Positions 45,537 through 55,783 of a stretch of 64,000 bases of DNA are shown piece by piece; positions within the stretch are counted from its first letter, which is position 1, and every line of letters begins with the position of its first letter. A model generated the notes under the pieces. It made no database searches. It worked only from the letters and a program-made list of their open reading frames with translations, and was not told where the DNA came from. This DNA comes from Gemmatimonadales bacterium. GTDB lineage: Bacteria; Gemmatimonadota; Gemmatimonadetes; Gemmatimonadales; GWC2-71-9. The stretch covers positions 19,150 to 83,149 of the forward strand of contig DATJXC010000008.1 of assembly GCA_035500495.1 (NCBI GenBank), read 5' to 3'. Made by a program: the position numbers and the translations under genes.

Positions 45537-46595
45537 ATGGCGCGCAAGACGCGGCTCGAACCGTCGATCTTCCATCTTCCCGTCGAGCGCATGCGCGACG
45601 GGTACTACTCCGACAAGTACTTCGTCCGCACGCGGGAGGTGCTGCAGCGCGACCGGCACCGGCCCCGCGTCACGATGCAGGTGTTCGGCAAGGCGCAGGG
45701 CTACCTCGGCGGGATCGACGAGACCATCGCCATCCTCAAGTTGTGCTCCGAATCCTGGGACGAGCTCACCGTCCACGCGCTGTACGACGGGGAAGCGATC
45801 GCGCCGTGGGAGACGGTGTTGCTGATCGAGGGGCCGTATGACGCCTTCGCCCATCTCGAAACCCTGTACCTGGGGGTGCTGGCTCGGCGCACGCGGGTGG
45901 GCACCAACACGCGGCGGGTGGTCGACGCCGCCCATCCCAAACAGGTGATGTTCTTCCCGGCGCGGCACGACCACTGGCTGGTGCAGACCGGCGACGGCTA
46001 TGCCGCGCACATCGCCGGGGCGATCGGCGTGTCCACCGACGCGCAGGCCTCCTGGTGGGGGTCGGAGGGGATCGGGACCGTGCCGCACGGGCTGATCGCG
46101 GCCTACGGCGGCGACACGGTCCGCGCCTCCCGCAAATTCGCCGACCTGACGGATCCCGCGATCCGCCTCATCACCCTCGTGGATTTCGAGAACGACTGCG
46201 TGCGAACCTCGCTCGAGGTGGCGCGGGCCCTGGGGGATCGGCTCTACGGGGTCCGGCTGGACACCTCGGAGACGCTGGTGGACCGCTCCATCGTTCCCCA
46301 GATGGGGATGTTCCGCCCCACCGGGGTGAATCCCCAGCTCGTCCGGAACGTGCGTGAAGCGCTGGACCGCGAGGGATTCCGGCATGTCCGGATCGTCGTC
46401 TCGGGCGGGTTTACCGTCGACAAGATCCGCCACTTCGAGGAGCAGAGCGTGCCGGTCGACATGTACGGCGTCGGATCGAGCCTGTTCCAGGGGCGGTTCG
46501 ATTTCACCGCGGACGTGGTCCTGCTCGAGGGGAAGCCCTGCGCGAAAGTGGGGCGGAGCTACCAGCCGAACCCGCGGTTGGAGCGCGTAGAGTAG
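45537..46595 (+). CDS. Nicotinate phosphoribosyltransferase family protein (short type)
   Basis: N-terminal DGYYSDKYF and a type II PRTase barrel-like sequence. The assignment is by resemblance only. Confidence 0.65.
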   Translation: MARKTRLEPSIFHLPVERMRDGYYSDKYFVRTREVLQRDRHRPRVTMQVFGKAQGYLGGIDETIAILKLCSESWDELTVHALYDGEAIAPWETVLLIEGPYDAFAHLETLYLGVLARRTRVGTNTRRVVDAAHPKQVMFFPARHDHWLVQTGDGYAAHIAGAIGVSTDAQASWWGSEGIGTVPHGLIAAYGGDTVRASRKFADLTDPAIRLITLVDFENDCVRTSLEVARALGDRLYGVRLDTSETLVDRSIVPQMGMFRPTGVNPQLVRNVREALDREGFRHVRIVVSGGFTVDKIRHFEEQSVPVDMYGVGSSLFQGRFDFTADVVLLEGKPCAKVGRSYQPNPRLERVE

Positions 46596-46608
46596 CGGTC
46601 CCGCCGTC

Positions 46609-46636
46609 TTGCATCCCGCGCGGTTCTGCATAACTT
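46609..46636 (+). promoter_or_regulatory. Candidate promoter for argC (TTGCAT-N16-TAACTT), implying a leaderless or near-leaderless mRNA
   Basis: The hexamers were read by eye. The predicted TSS falls within a few nt of the argC ATG (46646), and there is no Shine-Dalgarno upstream of the ATG. Confidence 0.3.
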
Positions 46637-46644
46637 ACCGCGCT

Positions 46645-46662
46645 CATGAATAATAATGCACG
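46645..46662 (+). promoter_or_regulatory. ARG-box-like operator (putative ArgR/AhrC site) overlapping the argC start codon
   Basis: cATGAATAATAATGCAcg compared with the ARG box consensus wnTGAATwwwwATTCAnw (TGAAT 5/5, wwww 4/4, ATTCA 4/5). It is a 15-nt AT island in GC-rich DNA and encodes MNNNA using AAT codons, against the local GC3 bias. Confidence 0.45.
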
Positions 46663-47605
46663 CACCCCGGTGGGCCTGCTCGGCGCGACGGGCTACGTCG
46701 GCGCCGAGCTGTTCCGGCTGCTCGGGTCCCACCCGCGGGTCGCGGTCGCCTGGGCCACGGCGGAATCCGGCGCGGGCCAGGTGCGGGACGGCCTCCGGCT
46801 GGTCAAGGCCGGCGACGCGTCGTTCGGCGCCGTCGAGATCGTGCTGTCGGCGCTGCCGCACGGCGTCTCCGGTCGCTGGGTGAAGCAGGCGCGCGCGGCC
46901 GGACGGCGCGCCGTCGACCTCTCCGCCGATTACCGCCTCGATCCGACCGCGGTGTATGGCCTCACCGAGTTCGCGCGCCCGCAGGTGGCGGCCGCGGACC
47001 TGGTCGCGAACCCCGGCTGCTATCCGACCGCCGCCCTGCTCGCGCTGATCCCGCTCGCCCGGGCCGGGCTGATCGACCATGACCGCGAAGTGGTGATCGA
47101 TGCGGCGTCCGGCGTCACGGGGGCGGGCCGCAATCCCCGACCGGACCTGCTCTTCGGCGAAGTCAGCGAGAACTATCGCGCTTACGCCGCCGGGAATACC
47201 CATCGCCATCTGGCGGAGTTGAAGGCGAGTCTCGCCCGGGAGGCGGATTTCATTGGGGACGTCGTATTCACCCCGCACCTGCTCCCGGTCAAGCGCGGCA
47301 TCCTCGAGACGATTCACGTTCCGCTGACCCGCCGGCTGGAGCGGCCGGACGCCGAAGCGATCTACGGTGCGGCGTATCAGGCGGAGCCGTGCGTCACGAT
47401 CCACCCCGGGGGCCTGCCATCGCTGCAGGATGTCGTGTTCCGGAACCGGGTGGCCTTGGGCGTCGTCCCGGTGGAGCAGGTACAGCGCCCGCGTCTGACC
47501 GTCATCGCGTGCATCGACAATCTCGTGAAAGGCGCGGCGGGGCAGGCGATTCAGAACCTGAACGTCATGCTGGGGCTTCCCGAAACGATGGGGCTCACAT
47601 GCTGA
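46646..47605 (+). CDS. argC: N-acetyl-gamma-glutamyl-phosphate reductase
   Basis: GATGYVGAEL N-terminus and active-site region ANPGCYPTAALLAL. Confidence 0.93.
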   Translation: MNNNARTPVGLLGATGYVGAELFRLLGSHPRVAVAWATAESGAGQVRDGLRLVKAGDASFGAVEIVLSALPHGVSGRWVKQARAAGRRAVDLSADYRLDPTAVYGLTEFARPQVAAADLVANPGCYPTAALLALIPLARAGLIDHDREVVIDAASGVTGAGRNPRPDLLFGEVSENYRAYAAGNTHRHLAELKASLAREADFIGDVVFTPHLLPVKRGILETIHVPLTRRLERPDAEAIYGAAYQAEPCVTIHPGGLPSLQDVVFRNRVALGVVPVEQVQRPRLTVIACIDNLVKGAAGQAIQNLNVMLGLPETMGLTC

Positions 47606-48360
47606 GGGTCGTCAAACTCGGCGGCAACGAGCTCGACCGCGCCGGATGGCTCGAAGCCTGGGCGCGGGAAGTCGCCCAGGCCGGCCCGGTGGTCATCGTA
47701 CACGGCGGGGGCCGGGCGATCTCCGCGCTCTCCGGGCGTTTGGGTCTCCCGATCGTGCAGCGCGACGGCCTCCGGGTCACCTCTCCGGAAGTGGCCGAGG
47801 TCGTGGAGATGGCGCTCGCCGGACCGGTGAGCCGAGTCGTGGTCGGCGCGTTGAGCCGGGCCGGCGTCGACGCGGTCGGCGTATCGGGGATCGACGGCGG
47901 GTTGCTCGTGGCGGAGCGCTACGACCAGAATCTGGGCGAGGTCGGACGAATAACCAGCGTTCATCCGGCTCTCCTGACGGCTCTTCTCGCCGCCGGCTTC
48001 ACGCCGGTAGTGGCGCCGATGGCGCCGGCTCCGGACGGTTCGATGATGAACGTGAACGCCGATGATGCCGCGACGGCCATCGCGACGGCGCTCCCGGCTT
48101 CCGAGCTGCTCTTCGTCTCCGATGTCCCGGGGGTGGTGCTGCAGGGCGTGGCGGCCGCCGAGCTTCCCGTCGCTGAGGTCGAGCCCCTCATCGGCCGGGG
48201 CGTCGTTACCGGGGGCATGGCGGCCAAGTTGCGCGCCGCCGCGACCGCCCTGGCCGGCGGCGTGAGCCGGGTGCGCATCGGCGGAAGAGAGATGCTGACG
48301 GCGCCGGCGGCCGGCACGCGGCTCGTCGCGACCACTGTCAACGCGGCACTCCCTGCGTGA
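47599..48360 (+). CDS. argB: Acetylglutamate kinase
   Basis: Starts MLRVVKLGGNEL; motifs IVHGGG and NVNADDAA. The ATG overlaps the argC stop by 7 nt. The upstream part of the track ORF is discarded. Confidence 0.9.
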   Translation: MLRVVKLGGNELDRAGWLEAWAREVAQAGPVVIVHGGGRAISALSGRLGLPIVQRDGLRVTSPEVAEVVEMALAGPVSRVVVGALSRAGVDAVGVSGIDGGLLVAERYDQNLGEVGRITSVHPALLTALLAAGFTPVVAPMAPAPDGSMMNVNADDAATAIATALPASELLFVSDVPGVVLQGVAAAELPVAEVEPLIGRGVVTGGMAAKLRAAATALAGGVSRVRIGGREMLTAPAAGTRLVATTVNAALPA

Positions 48361-49520
48361 CCGCGGCCCCCGGTATCGCCTCGGCGTTGCTCGGCGTGTA
48401 CGCGCGCGTCGGCCCCACGTTCGTGGCGGGCGAAGGCGTGGAGCTGATCGCCGCGGACGGCCGCCGCTACCTGGACTTTGTCGCCGGGATCGGCGTGAAC
48501 GCGCTGGGCTACGACTCTCCCGTCATCCGCGACGCGATCACGCGGGCCCTCGATTCCGGTCTGGTGCACGTTTCGAATCTCTACCGCACCGAGCCGGGAG
48601 AGCGCTTGGCGGAGCTGCTCGTGGCGCGCTCGTTCGCCCAGCAGGTGTTCTTCTGCAACTCCGGGGCTGAGGCCAATGAGGCCGCCTTCAAGTTCGCGCG
48701 CAAGTTGACCGGTAAGCCCGGAATCGTGGCGTTCAGCGGGTCGTTTCACGGCCGGCTCTTCGCTTCCCTCGCCGCCACCGACCGGCCCGACTATCGCCGG
48801 CCGTTCGAGCCGCTCGTCCCGGAGGTGCGGATCATCCCGCTGGGCGATCGGGCCGCGGCCGAGGCGGCGATCACTCCTGACCGCACGGCGGCCGTGATCA
48901 TCGAGCCGGTGCAGGGTGAAGGTGGCGTGCGTCCGGTTTCGACCGAGTGGGTCGCGTTTCTCCGGCGGCTGTGCCGCGATCGACGGGTGGTCTTGATCTT
49001 CGACGAGGTACAGTGCGGACTGGGACGGACGGGAACGGCGTTCGCCTACGAGCAGACCGGCGTCACCCCCGATCTCCTGACCCTCGCCAAGCCCTTGGCG
49101 GGCGGGCTGCCGATGGGGGCGGTGCTCCTCACCGACGAAGTGGCGGGCGCGCTGGCGCCCGGCGATCACGCGACCACGTTCGGCGGGGGCCCCCTCGTCG
49201 CCGCGGTCGCGCAGGCGGTGGTGGAGACGATTTCCGCACCGGACTTTCTGGCGCGGGTACGGGAGAGCGGGGCGCACCTCGCCGGCCGCCTCGCGGGATT
49301 CCCCGGGCGCATGCGCGCCGTGGCGGAGGTGCGGGGTCGGGGTCTGATGTGGGGGATCGTGCTCCGCGAGCCCGCCGCGCCGGTCGTCGCCGCCGCGCGC
49401 GAGCGCGGTCTGCTGGTCACCACGGCCGGACCAACCGTGATCCGGCTGGTGCCGCCGCTCGTCATTTCCCAGGCCGACCTGGATCGCGGCGTCGACACGC
49501 TGGCGGAGGTTCTTGCATGA
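48357..49520 (+). CDS. argD: Acetylornithine aminotransferase (class III PLP aminotransferase)
   Basis: FCNSGAEANEAAFK, DEVQCGLGRTG and LAKPLAGGLPMGA motifs, within the arg cluster. Confidence 0.9.
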   Translation: MTAAPGIASALLGVYARVGPTFVAGEGVELIAADGRRYLDFVAGIGVNALGYDSPVIRDAITRALDSGLVHVSNLYRTEPGERLAELLVARSFAQQVFFCNSGAEANEAAFKFARKLTGKPGIVAFSGSFHGRLFASLAATDRPDYRRPFEPLVPEVRIIPLGDRAAAEAAITPDRTAAVIIEPVQGEGGVRPVSTEWVAFLRRLCRDRRVVLIFDEVQCGLGRTGTAFAYEQTGVTPDLLTLAKPLAGGLPMGAVLLTDEVAGALAPGDHATTFGGGPLVAAVAQAVVETISAPDFLARVRESGAHLAGRLAGFPGRMRAVAEVRGRGLMWGIVLREPAAPVVAAARERGLLVTTAGPTVIRLVPPLVISQADLDRGVDTLAEVLA

Positions 49521-50020
49521 GCGCCATCCCGCTCCCCGCGCTGGCGCACCGGCCGGCGCCCGGCTCTCCCCTTACCCGTCCGGCCATGCTCGGCGACGTG
49601 CCTCGCCTCGAAGCGCTGATGGCGCCGTTCGTGGCGACGGGTGACCTGCTGCCGCGCAGCAACTACGACCTCTGCCGGCACATCAAGGAGTACGTGGTGG
49701 TCGAAGCGGATGGAGAGATCGTGGCCTGCGGCGCCCTCAAGGTGTACAGCGCCGCTCTGGCCGAGGTCGGGGCGCTGGCGGTTCACGACGGCTGGCAGGG
49801 TCGTGGGCTTGGCCGAGTGGTCGTGGCAGCGTTGATCGCTGTGGCGCGAGAGCTGGGGCTCCAGGAAGTGTTCGCGCTGACCCGGAAGCCGGCGTTCTTT
49901 CTCCGGCTCGGATTCGGACCCGCGGAGCGGGAGCAGTTCCCGCTCAAGGTCTGGGCGGACTGCGCCCGCTGCCCGCGCCAGTCTTGCTGTGACGAAATCG
50001 CGGTGACGTTGCCGCTCTGA
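49517..50020 (+). CDS. GNAT N-acetyltransferase (short N-acetylglutamate synthase-like)
   Basis: GNAT core AVHDGWQGRGLGRVVVAAL. The ATG overlaps the argD TGA (ATGA). Position in the arg cluster suggests an ArgA-like role (inference). Confidence 0.75.
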   Translation: MSAIPLPALAHRPAPGSPLTRPAMLGDVPRLEALMAPFVATGDLLPRSNYDLCRHIKEYVVVEADGEIVACGALKVYSAALAEVGALAVHDGWQGRGLGRVVVAALIAVARELGLQEVFALTRKPAFFLRLGFGPAEREQFPLKVWADCARCPRQSCCDEIAVTLPL

Positions 50021-50156
50021 GCAGGCCCCCCTGAAACGTCTGTGGGATTAGGATGAAGGCCGCCTTGGCGCGGCCGGCGCGTGGTTGACACCTCGTCTTC
50101 CGTCCCGAGAGATTCCCTTCACAACCGTATTCCTCCCCGGACTGAAGAGGCAGTCG

Positions 50157-50822
50157 ATGGCGCGCGTCATTTTCTGGGACGTTGACACCCAGTACGACTT
50201 CATGCGGGCGGACGGCAAACTGTACGTGCCGGACGCGGAGCACATCATCCCCAACCTGAAGCATCTGACCGACTACGCGCACGGGCACGGCATCCGCATC
50301 ATCGCCAGCGCGGACGACCATGTCCCGGGCCACCGCGAGCTGTCGGCCACGCCGAATTTCAAGGACACCTTTCCCAACCACTGCATGCGCGGCACGCCCG
50401 GACAGCAGAAGATCCCCGAGACCGCTCTCCGCTCGCCGCTCGTGATCGAGCCCGACCCCCAGGATCCGCAGCAGCTGGCCGAGCGGGTGCGGCGTCACTC
50501 CGGCGATATTCTCTTCAACAAGCACTGGTTCGACGTCTTCACCAACCCCAACGTGCTCCCGGTCGTGGATGCGCTCGACCCCCAGGACATCGTGCTCTAC
50601 GGCGTGGCCCTGGACGTATGTGACCGGTACGCGCTCGAGGGGCTGATGGAGCATCGTCCGGGGATCCGTCTCTTCGCCGTCACCGACGCGATGAAGCCGA
50701 TCGACCGCGACGCCGCGGAGCAGATGCTGCGGGGATGGGGAGAAGAAGGGGTGCGGCTCGTGAAGACCAGTGAGGTAGTCATGGGAGGGCTGGTGGACGA
50801 TCTGACGAAAGCGAGCGTATGA
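50157..50822 (+). CDS. Isochorismatase-family cysteine hydrolase (nicotinamidase-like)
   Basis: FWDVDTQYDF (catalytic Asp region) and YGVALDVCDRY (catalytic Cys region). Start moved to ATG 50157. Confidence 0.75.
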   Translation: MARVIFWDVDTQYDFMRADGKLYVPDAEHIIPNLKHLTDYAHGHGIRIIASADDHVPGHRELSATPNFKDTFPNHCMRGTPGQQKIPETALRSPLVIEPDPQDPQQLAERVRRHSGDILFNKHWFDVFTNPNVLPVVDALDPQDIVLYGVALDVCDRYALEGLMEHRPGIRLFAVTDAMKPIDRDAAEQMLRGWGEEGVRLVKTSEVVMGGLVDDLTKASV

Positions 50823-51889
50823 GCTTCGGCAAGTTCTTTCTTCCCGGTCCCACGGACGTTCATCCCGACGTGCTGGCGGCGCAGAACCGCCCCATGATCG
50901 GGCACCGCTCGCAGGCCATGGAGCAGCTGTTGCGCAAAATGGCGCCCAAGCTCCAGGCGCTCTGCCGGACCTCGCGCACCGTGCTCGTCGGCACGAGCTC
51001 GGGCACGGGGTTCATGGAGATGGCGGTCCGCAACGGCGTGCGCCGGCGGGCCCTGTCGATCGTCAACGGCGCTTTTTCGGATCGCTTCGCGAAGCTCGTG
51101 ACGGCGGCGGGGAAAGAGTGCGTGCGGCTCGAGGTGCCGCTCGGCACGGCGGTCGAGCCCGACCAGCTGCGCGCCGCGCTCAAGAAGGAGCAGGTGGACG
51201 CGGTGACCCTCGTGCACTCGGAGACCTCGACCGGCGTGCTCCAGGACGTGCCCGCCCTGGCCGCCGTCGCGCGCGAATTCGACGACGTCTTCGTGCTCGT
51301 GGACGCCGTCACGTCGATGTGCGGTTCCCCCGTAGAGCCGGACGCCTGGGGACTCGACTTCGTCTTCACCGGCTCGCAGAAGGCGCTCGCCTTGCCGCCG
51401 GGTTTGGCGCTGGGCGTGGCCTCGGCGCGGATGGTTGAGCGGGCCAAGACCCTGCCCGCGCGCGGGCTGTATTTCGACCTGGTGTCGTTCGAGGAAGCCT
51501 CGAACAAGTTCCAGCCGACCAACACGCCCGCGCTGTCGCTGTTTTTCGCCCTCGACGTGCAGCTCGAGCGGATCGACCGGGAGGGCGGGGTAACGGCCCG
51601 CTGGCAGCGGCACGAAGCGATGCGCCGCCGCACGGAGCGCTGGGCGGCCGAGCACGGGATCGCCTATCTCCCGCTGGAAGGCCGTCGCAGCTGGACCGTT
51701 TCCTGCGTGAAGCTCCCCGCCGGCAAGAGCGCCAAGGATGTGACGGGCAAGCTCAAGCAGAACGGCTGGACGATCGGGTCGGGGTACGGATCGCTCAAGG
51801 ACTCGACGATTCGCATCGGCCACATGGGAGATCTGACCGAAGCGCATCTCGAGGCACTGCTGCCGCAGGTGTGGGAGGCGATGCAATGA
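50819..51889 (+). CDS. Class-V aminotransferase (serine-pyruvate/alanine-glyoxylate type; probable phosphoserine aminotransferase role)
   Basis: PLP-lysine motif FTGSQKALALPPG. Translationally coupled to serA (ATGA). The SerC-like role is an inference from context. Confidence 0.82.
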   Translation: MSFGKFFLPGPTDVHPDVLAAQNRPMIGHRSQAMEQLLRKMAPKLQALCRTSRTVLVGTSSGTGFMEMAVRNGVRRRALSIVNGAFSDRFAKLVTAAGKECVRLEVPLGTAVEPDQLRAALKKEQVDAVTLVHSETSTGVLQDVPALAAVAREFDDVFVLVDAVTSMCGSPVEPDAWGLDFVFTGSQKALALPPGLALGVASARMVERAKTLPARGLYFDLVSFEEASNKFQPTNTPALSLFFALDVQLERIDREGGVTARWQRHEAMRRRTERWAAEHGIAYLPLEGRRSWTVSCVKLPAGKSAKDVTGKLKQNGWTIGSGYGSLKDSTIRIGHMGDLTEAHLEALLPQVWEAMQ

Positions 51890-53481
51890 CCGCGCGCGTC
51901 GTGGTGGCCGATCGGCTGGCCGAGGGCGGCCTCAAGATGCTGGCCGAGTCCCCGGAGGTGGAGGTCGTGAACGTGGCCGGGAAGCCGCGCGAAGAGTTGC
52001 TGCAAGCGCTCGCGGGCGCCCAGGCGCTGATCGTGCGGAGTGAAACCCGCGTCACCCCGGAGCTGATGAACGCCGGACCCGAGCTCAAGGTGATCGCCCG
52101 CGCCGGCATCGGGGTGGATACGATCGACGTTACCGCGGCCACGCGGCGGGGGATCGCGGTGATGAACGCCCCGGGCGCCAACACCGTCAGCGCGGCCGAG
52201 CATGCCTTTGCCTTGCTGCTGGGCCTCGTGCGGCGGATCCCCTGGGCCGCCGAGTCGATGCGCAAAGGCGATTGGGACCGCAAGAAGTTCGAGGGGACCG
52301 AGCTGCGCGGCAAGACGATCGGCATCGTGGGACTCGGGCGGATCGGCGGTCACGTGGCGGGGATCGCCCGGGCGTTCGGGATGACCGTCGTCGGGCACGA
52401 TCCCTACCTGCTGCCCGAGCGTGCTGCCGAGCTGCAGGTCAAGCTCCTGCCCCTCGATCAGCTGTTGAAGGCGGCCGACGTCGTGACGCTCCACGTCGCC
52501 CTCACCGAGCAGACGCGTCACCTGATCAACGCCGAGCGGCTGGCCTCGATGAAGAAGACGGCCGTGCTGATCAATACCGCCCGGGGCGAGTTGGTCGATG
52601 AGGCCGCGCTCGCGGACGCCATCACCCGAAAGGCGATCGCCGGGGCGGCGGTGGACGTGTTCTCCCAGGAGCCGCTCCCCGCGGACGCACCGCTCCGTAG
52701 TCTCGAGCGGGTCATCCTGACGCCCCACCTCGCCGCCTCGACCGCCGAAGCGCAGGACCGCGTGTCGACGGAGATCTGCGCGGCGGTGCGCGACGCCCTG
52801 CTCGGCGGCGATCTCTCGATGGCGATCAACGTTCCCGGGATCTCCGGGGACGTCCTCCGGCGTGCCGCCCCGCTGCTCGCCCTGGCTCGCCGGCTCGGAC
52901 GCCTGGCGCTCGCCCTCGCCGAAGGCGGGGGGCCGGTGACGAGCGTCGAGGTGGACTACGGCGGAAAAGACGAAGCGGCGGCCCGGCCCGTCCTCATCGC
53001 CGCCCTTGAAGGCCTGCTGTCGGGACTGCAGCTGGGACCGGTGAGTCTCGTCAATGCCCAGGTGATCGCCGAAGAGCGGGGGATCCGTCTCAGCCGCAAG
53101 ACGAGCACCTCCGAGCCGGGGTACGAGACGTCGGTGGCCGTGGTGGTCGAGACGGCCCAAGGCCGGGTCCGGGTCGTCGGCGCACCCGTCGGCACCGCGG
53201 GGCGGGTGATCCGGATCGACGACTACATGGTGGACGTCGCGCCCGAAGGGTGGATGCTCGTCATTCGCAACCGGGACGTCCCCGGAGTCATCGGGCGCGT
53301 GGGCACGCTCATTGGTGAGGCGGGAGTCAACGTGGCGAGCTGGCACCAGGCGCGGAACGGCGTAGGAGGCCAGGCGCTGGCCGCGATCACCCTCGATCAC
53401 CCGATCGGCGACGCGGTGCGGCAGCGCATCGCCGCGCTCCCCGACATCGTGCAGGTGCGGCTGGCGTACTTCGGAGAGTGA
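51886..53481 (+). CDS. serA: D-3-phosphoglycerate dehydrogenase (long form with ASB/ACT domains)
   Basis: 2-hydroxyacid dehydrogenase core (GKTIGIVGLGRIGGHVA, NTARGELVDE, LTPHLAAST) plus a C-terminal ACT domain (NRDVPGVIGRVGTLIGEAGVNV). Confidence 0.92.
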   Translation: MTARVVVADRLAEGGLKMLAESPEVEVVNVAGKPREELLQALAGAQALIVRSETRVTPELMNAGPELKVIARAGIGVDTIDVTAATRRGIAVMNAPGANTVSAAEHAFALLLGLVRRIPWAAESMRKGDWDRKKFEGTELRGKTIGIVGLGRIGGHVAGIARAFGMTVVGHDPYLLPERAAELQVKLLPLDQLLKAADVVTLHVALTEQTRHLINAERLASMKKTAVLINTARGELVDEAALADAITRKAIAGAAVDVFSQEPLPADAPLRSLERVILTPHLAASTAEAQDRVSTEICAAVRDALLGGDLSMAINVPGISGDVLRRAAPLLALARRLGRLALALAEGGGPVTSVEVDYGGKDEAAARPVLIAALEGLLSGLQLGPVSLVNAQVIAEERGIRLSRKTSTSEPGYETSVAVVVETAQGRVRVVGAPVGTAGRVIRIDDYMVDVAPEGWMLVIRNRDVPGVIGRVGTLIGEAGVNVASWHQARNGVGGQALAAITLDHPIGDAVRQRIAALPDIVQVRLAYFGE

Positions 53482-53483
53482 CG

Positions 53484-53539
53484 CAGGGAGCAGGTGTCAG
53501 GTGCCGGGTGTCAGCCTATCCGCCCTACCCCTGACCCTA
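53484..53539. repeat. Heptamer array (CAGGTGY x4-5) followed by a partly complementary C-rich segment
   Basis: cagggag caggtgt caggtgc cgggtgt cagccta, then ccctacccctgacccta. It fills the convergent gap between the serA stop (53481) and the MCP stop (53537). Confidence 0.6.
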
Positions 53540-55723
53540 GCTTGCTGGTACCACCTGCAATAATCCGGGCTCCGGGGTGGGTCGCTGGGGTGGCGAGGCG
53601 GCCGGTCCCGGCGAGTCTCCGGTCAGCCGGAACGACTTGACCGCTCCCGTCAATCGGTCGGCGGCCTCGGCCAGCTGATTGGCGGACGAGGCGATCTCCT
53701 CGGTCGACGCCGATTGTTGCTGGCTCGACGCGGCGATCTCCTGCGAGGCGGCAAGCAGGCCGTCGGTTGCGAGACGGACCGACGTGAGCCGTGTCACGAT
53801 CTCCTCGACCAACCGACGCGCTTCCCCAGCCGATGCGGCGATCTCCTGGCTCCAGGCGTCGTTCGCCAGCGCTTCCGTGGACACCGTCCCGAGTCCCGCG
53901 GCTGCGCTCTGCGCCGCCTCGCGGGCTGTGGCGCCCGACTGGGCCAATCGCTTCAGCCGGTCCCGGGTTGCCTGGACGCGCCCCAGGACGTCGCGCACCG
54001 TGTCCGCGGTCTCGGTGGCCGCGGCCGCGGCGACCGACGCGAGCTTGCGGACTTCGTCGGCCACCACGGCGAAGCCGCGACCCTGGGGACCGGCGCGGGC
54101 CGCCTCGATCGCCGCGTTCAGCGCCAGCGTGTTGGTCTGCGTGGCGACGGCTTTGGCCTGGGCCACGAAGCGCTGGATCTCCCCCGAAGCCTGCGCGAGC
54201 GCATCGGCTTCTTTCGCCCCCCGGTCGACCTCCTCCGCCAGCCGATCGAGGTGACCGGTGCTCTGATCCAGCATGGCCTTGTGTTCCCGGGCGAGTTTGG
54301 CGAGAGCCGCGTTGCGCCGCACCGATTCCTCGGCGCCCGCCGCGAGGGCGGTGGCGATGTGGAGGATCTGGTTGGCGTCTTCCGCCGCGCCACGCACCAG
54401 GTGCGCCTGCTCGCCAGCGCGCTTGGACAGGTCTTGCGTGGTGGCCGACATCTCCTGGGTCGAGGCGCTCATCTCCTGGGTGGAGGCGGCGATCTCGGAG
54501 GCCATCGCGGCGGCCTCGTCCGCGGACGTCCGGATCGCCCCCACCAGCTGGCGCAGCGCGGCCACCATCGTCCGCACCGACTGCATCAATTCACCGACCT
54601 CCTGGGACTCCGCCTCCCCACCGCCGATCGCCGTGGCGGTGACGACCGTCAGATCCCCGGCGGCCACTCTGGAAGCGATCTCGCCGGCGCCGCGGACCGG
54701 CTCGACCACGCGAAGCCGGAGCCACCGCCCGAGCCACAGCGACACCAGAACGGCCACGATGAAGACGCCGATCGCGCCCGCCCAGATGTAGCGCTGCACC
54801 GCACGGGCCGTGGCGTACGCCACCGCCGTCGGCTGATGAAACAGCACCCAGTAGTAGGCCTGGTTCGCCGGGAACCGCCCCCGGGTCACCGGCACCGCCA
54901 CGATGAGCTCCCGACCGTGCGAGGTCTCGAGAATCCGCCGCTGCGGCCCGTCCGCGTCGTACAGGCTCCTGTCCTGCGGGACCTCACGCAACTCGGCCTC
55001 GTCCGGGCCGAAGAGGAGGTTCCCGTACCGATCCACGAGTTGGAGATATGCGCTGTCCCCGAGATCGATCCCGGTGAGCAGGACGCCGAGCCGGTCGAGC
55101 TGGTATACGGCCTCCAGCACCCCTACCGGGCGAGCCGTTTCCGAGGGGCGAACGGCCGCGGCGTAACGCACGGTGACCGACCGTGAGGAGGAATCGATCG
55201 CCGGATCACTCTCCGCGGCGCCGTCGCGCATCGCGCGTTGCCACAAGCCGTCGCCGGCGTGCGCAAACAGGTCGGGTGGGCTGGATGCCACCACGGTGAA
55301 CCCATGGATTTCGGTGAACGCCAGGTCCGTGAACTCGGAGCGCTCAGGGTAACCCTTCAGGTACTGTGAGAGCTCGGGATCCCCGCCGAGTTGGCGGGTG
55401 GCGCCGAACGTCCGCTCCAGCGTGGCGGGGGGAACCTGGGGGAGCCCGCGCGCACTGGCCGATTGCGCCGCCGCCACCATCGCCTGGTAGAAGAACGGGT
55501 TGATCGCCAGCTGATCGGCTTCGCGATGGCGCTCGCGGACGATTGTTGCGACCAGCGTCGCGGCCCGGCCGGCCACGGCGGTGCCGCGCTCATCGGCCAG
55601 GCGGTCGAGCGTGCGGGTGGCACCGGTGCCGGCGAGCAGTCCGAGGCCGAGGACGACGACGAGGGCGACTCCGGCGGCCCAGAGGGTGAATCGCCTGAGG
55701 ATGTCCTGGAGGGTCGAGCCCAT
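53537..55723 (-). CDS. Methyl-accepting chemotaxis protein (periplasmic sensor domain, HAMP, MA signalling domain)
   Basis: Two TM segments flank an approximately 290-aa sensor domain. HAMP follows, then the conserved MCP hairpin ([33 protein letters not shown]). Confidence 0.92.
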   Translation of the reverse strand: MGSTLQDILRRFTLWAAGVALVVVLGLGLLAGTGATRTLDRLADERGTAVAGRAATLVATIVRERHREADQLAINPFFYQAMVAAAQSASARGLPQVPPATLERTFGATRQLGGDPELSQYLKGYPERSEFTDLAFTEIHGFTVVASSPPDLFAHAGDGLWQRAMRDGAAESDPAIDSSSRSVTVRYAAAVRPSETARPVGVLEAVYQLDRLGVLLTGIDLGDSAYLQLVDRYGNLLFGPDEAELREVPQDRSLYDADGPQRRILETSHGRELIVAVPVTRGRFPANQAYYWVLFHQPTAVAYATARAVQRYIWAGAIGVFIVAVLVSLWLGRWLRLRVVEPVRGAGEIASRVAAGDLTVVTATAIGGGEAESQEVGELMQSVRTMVAALRQLVGAIRTSADEAAAMASEIAASTQEMSASTQEMSATTQDLSKRAGEQAHLVRGAAEDANQILHIATALAAGAEESVRRNAALAKLAREHKAMLDQSTGHLDRLAEEVDRGAKEADALAQASGEIQRFVAQAKAVATQTNTLALNAAIEAARAGPQGRGFAVVADEVRKLASVAAAAATETADTVRDVLGRVQATRDRLKRLAQSGATAREAAQSAAAGLGTVSTEALANDAWSQEIAASAGEARRLVEEIVTRLTSVRLATDGLLAASQEIAASSQQQSASTEEIASSANQLAEAADRLTGAVKSFRLTGDSPGPAASPPQRPTPEPGLLQVVPAS

Positions 55724-55783
55724 TCGTCGCGCAAGCTACGCCGGGTTTCTTGAGGGAGCAAGTCTGTGTAATTTCAGACACTT

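Noticed and set aside
44967-46631. 554-aa minus-strand ORF
   Set aside because: It is antisense to the GT2 and nicotinate PRTase-like genes, both of which have recognisable motifs.
50058-50075. GC hairpin GGCCGC-CTTGGC-GCGGCC after the GNAT gene as a terminator
   Set aside because: It has only a 6-bp stem and no downstream T-tract. The nearby TTGACA (50085-90) lacks a convincing -10 partner.
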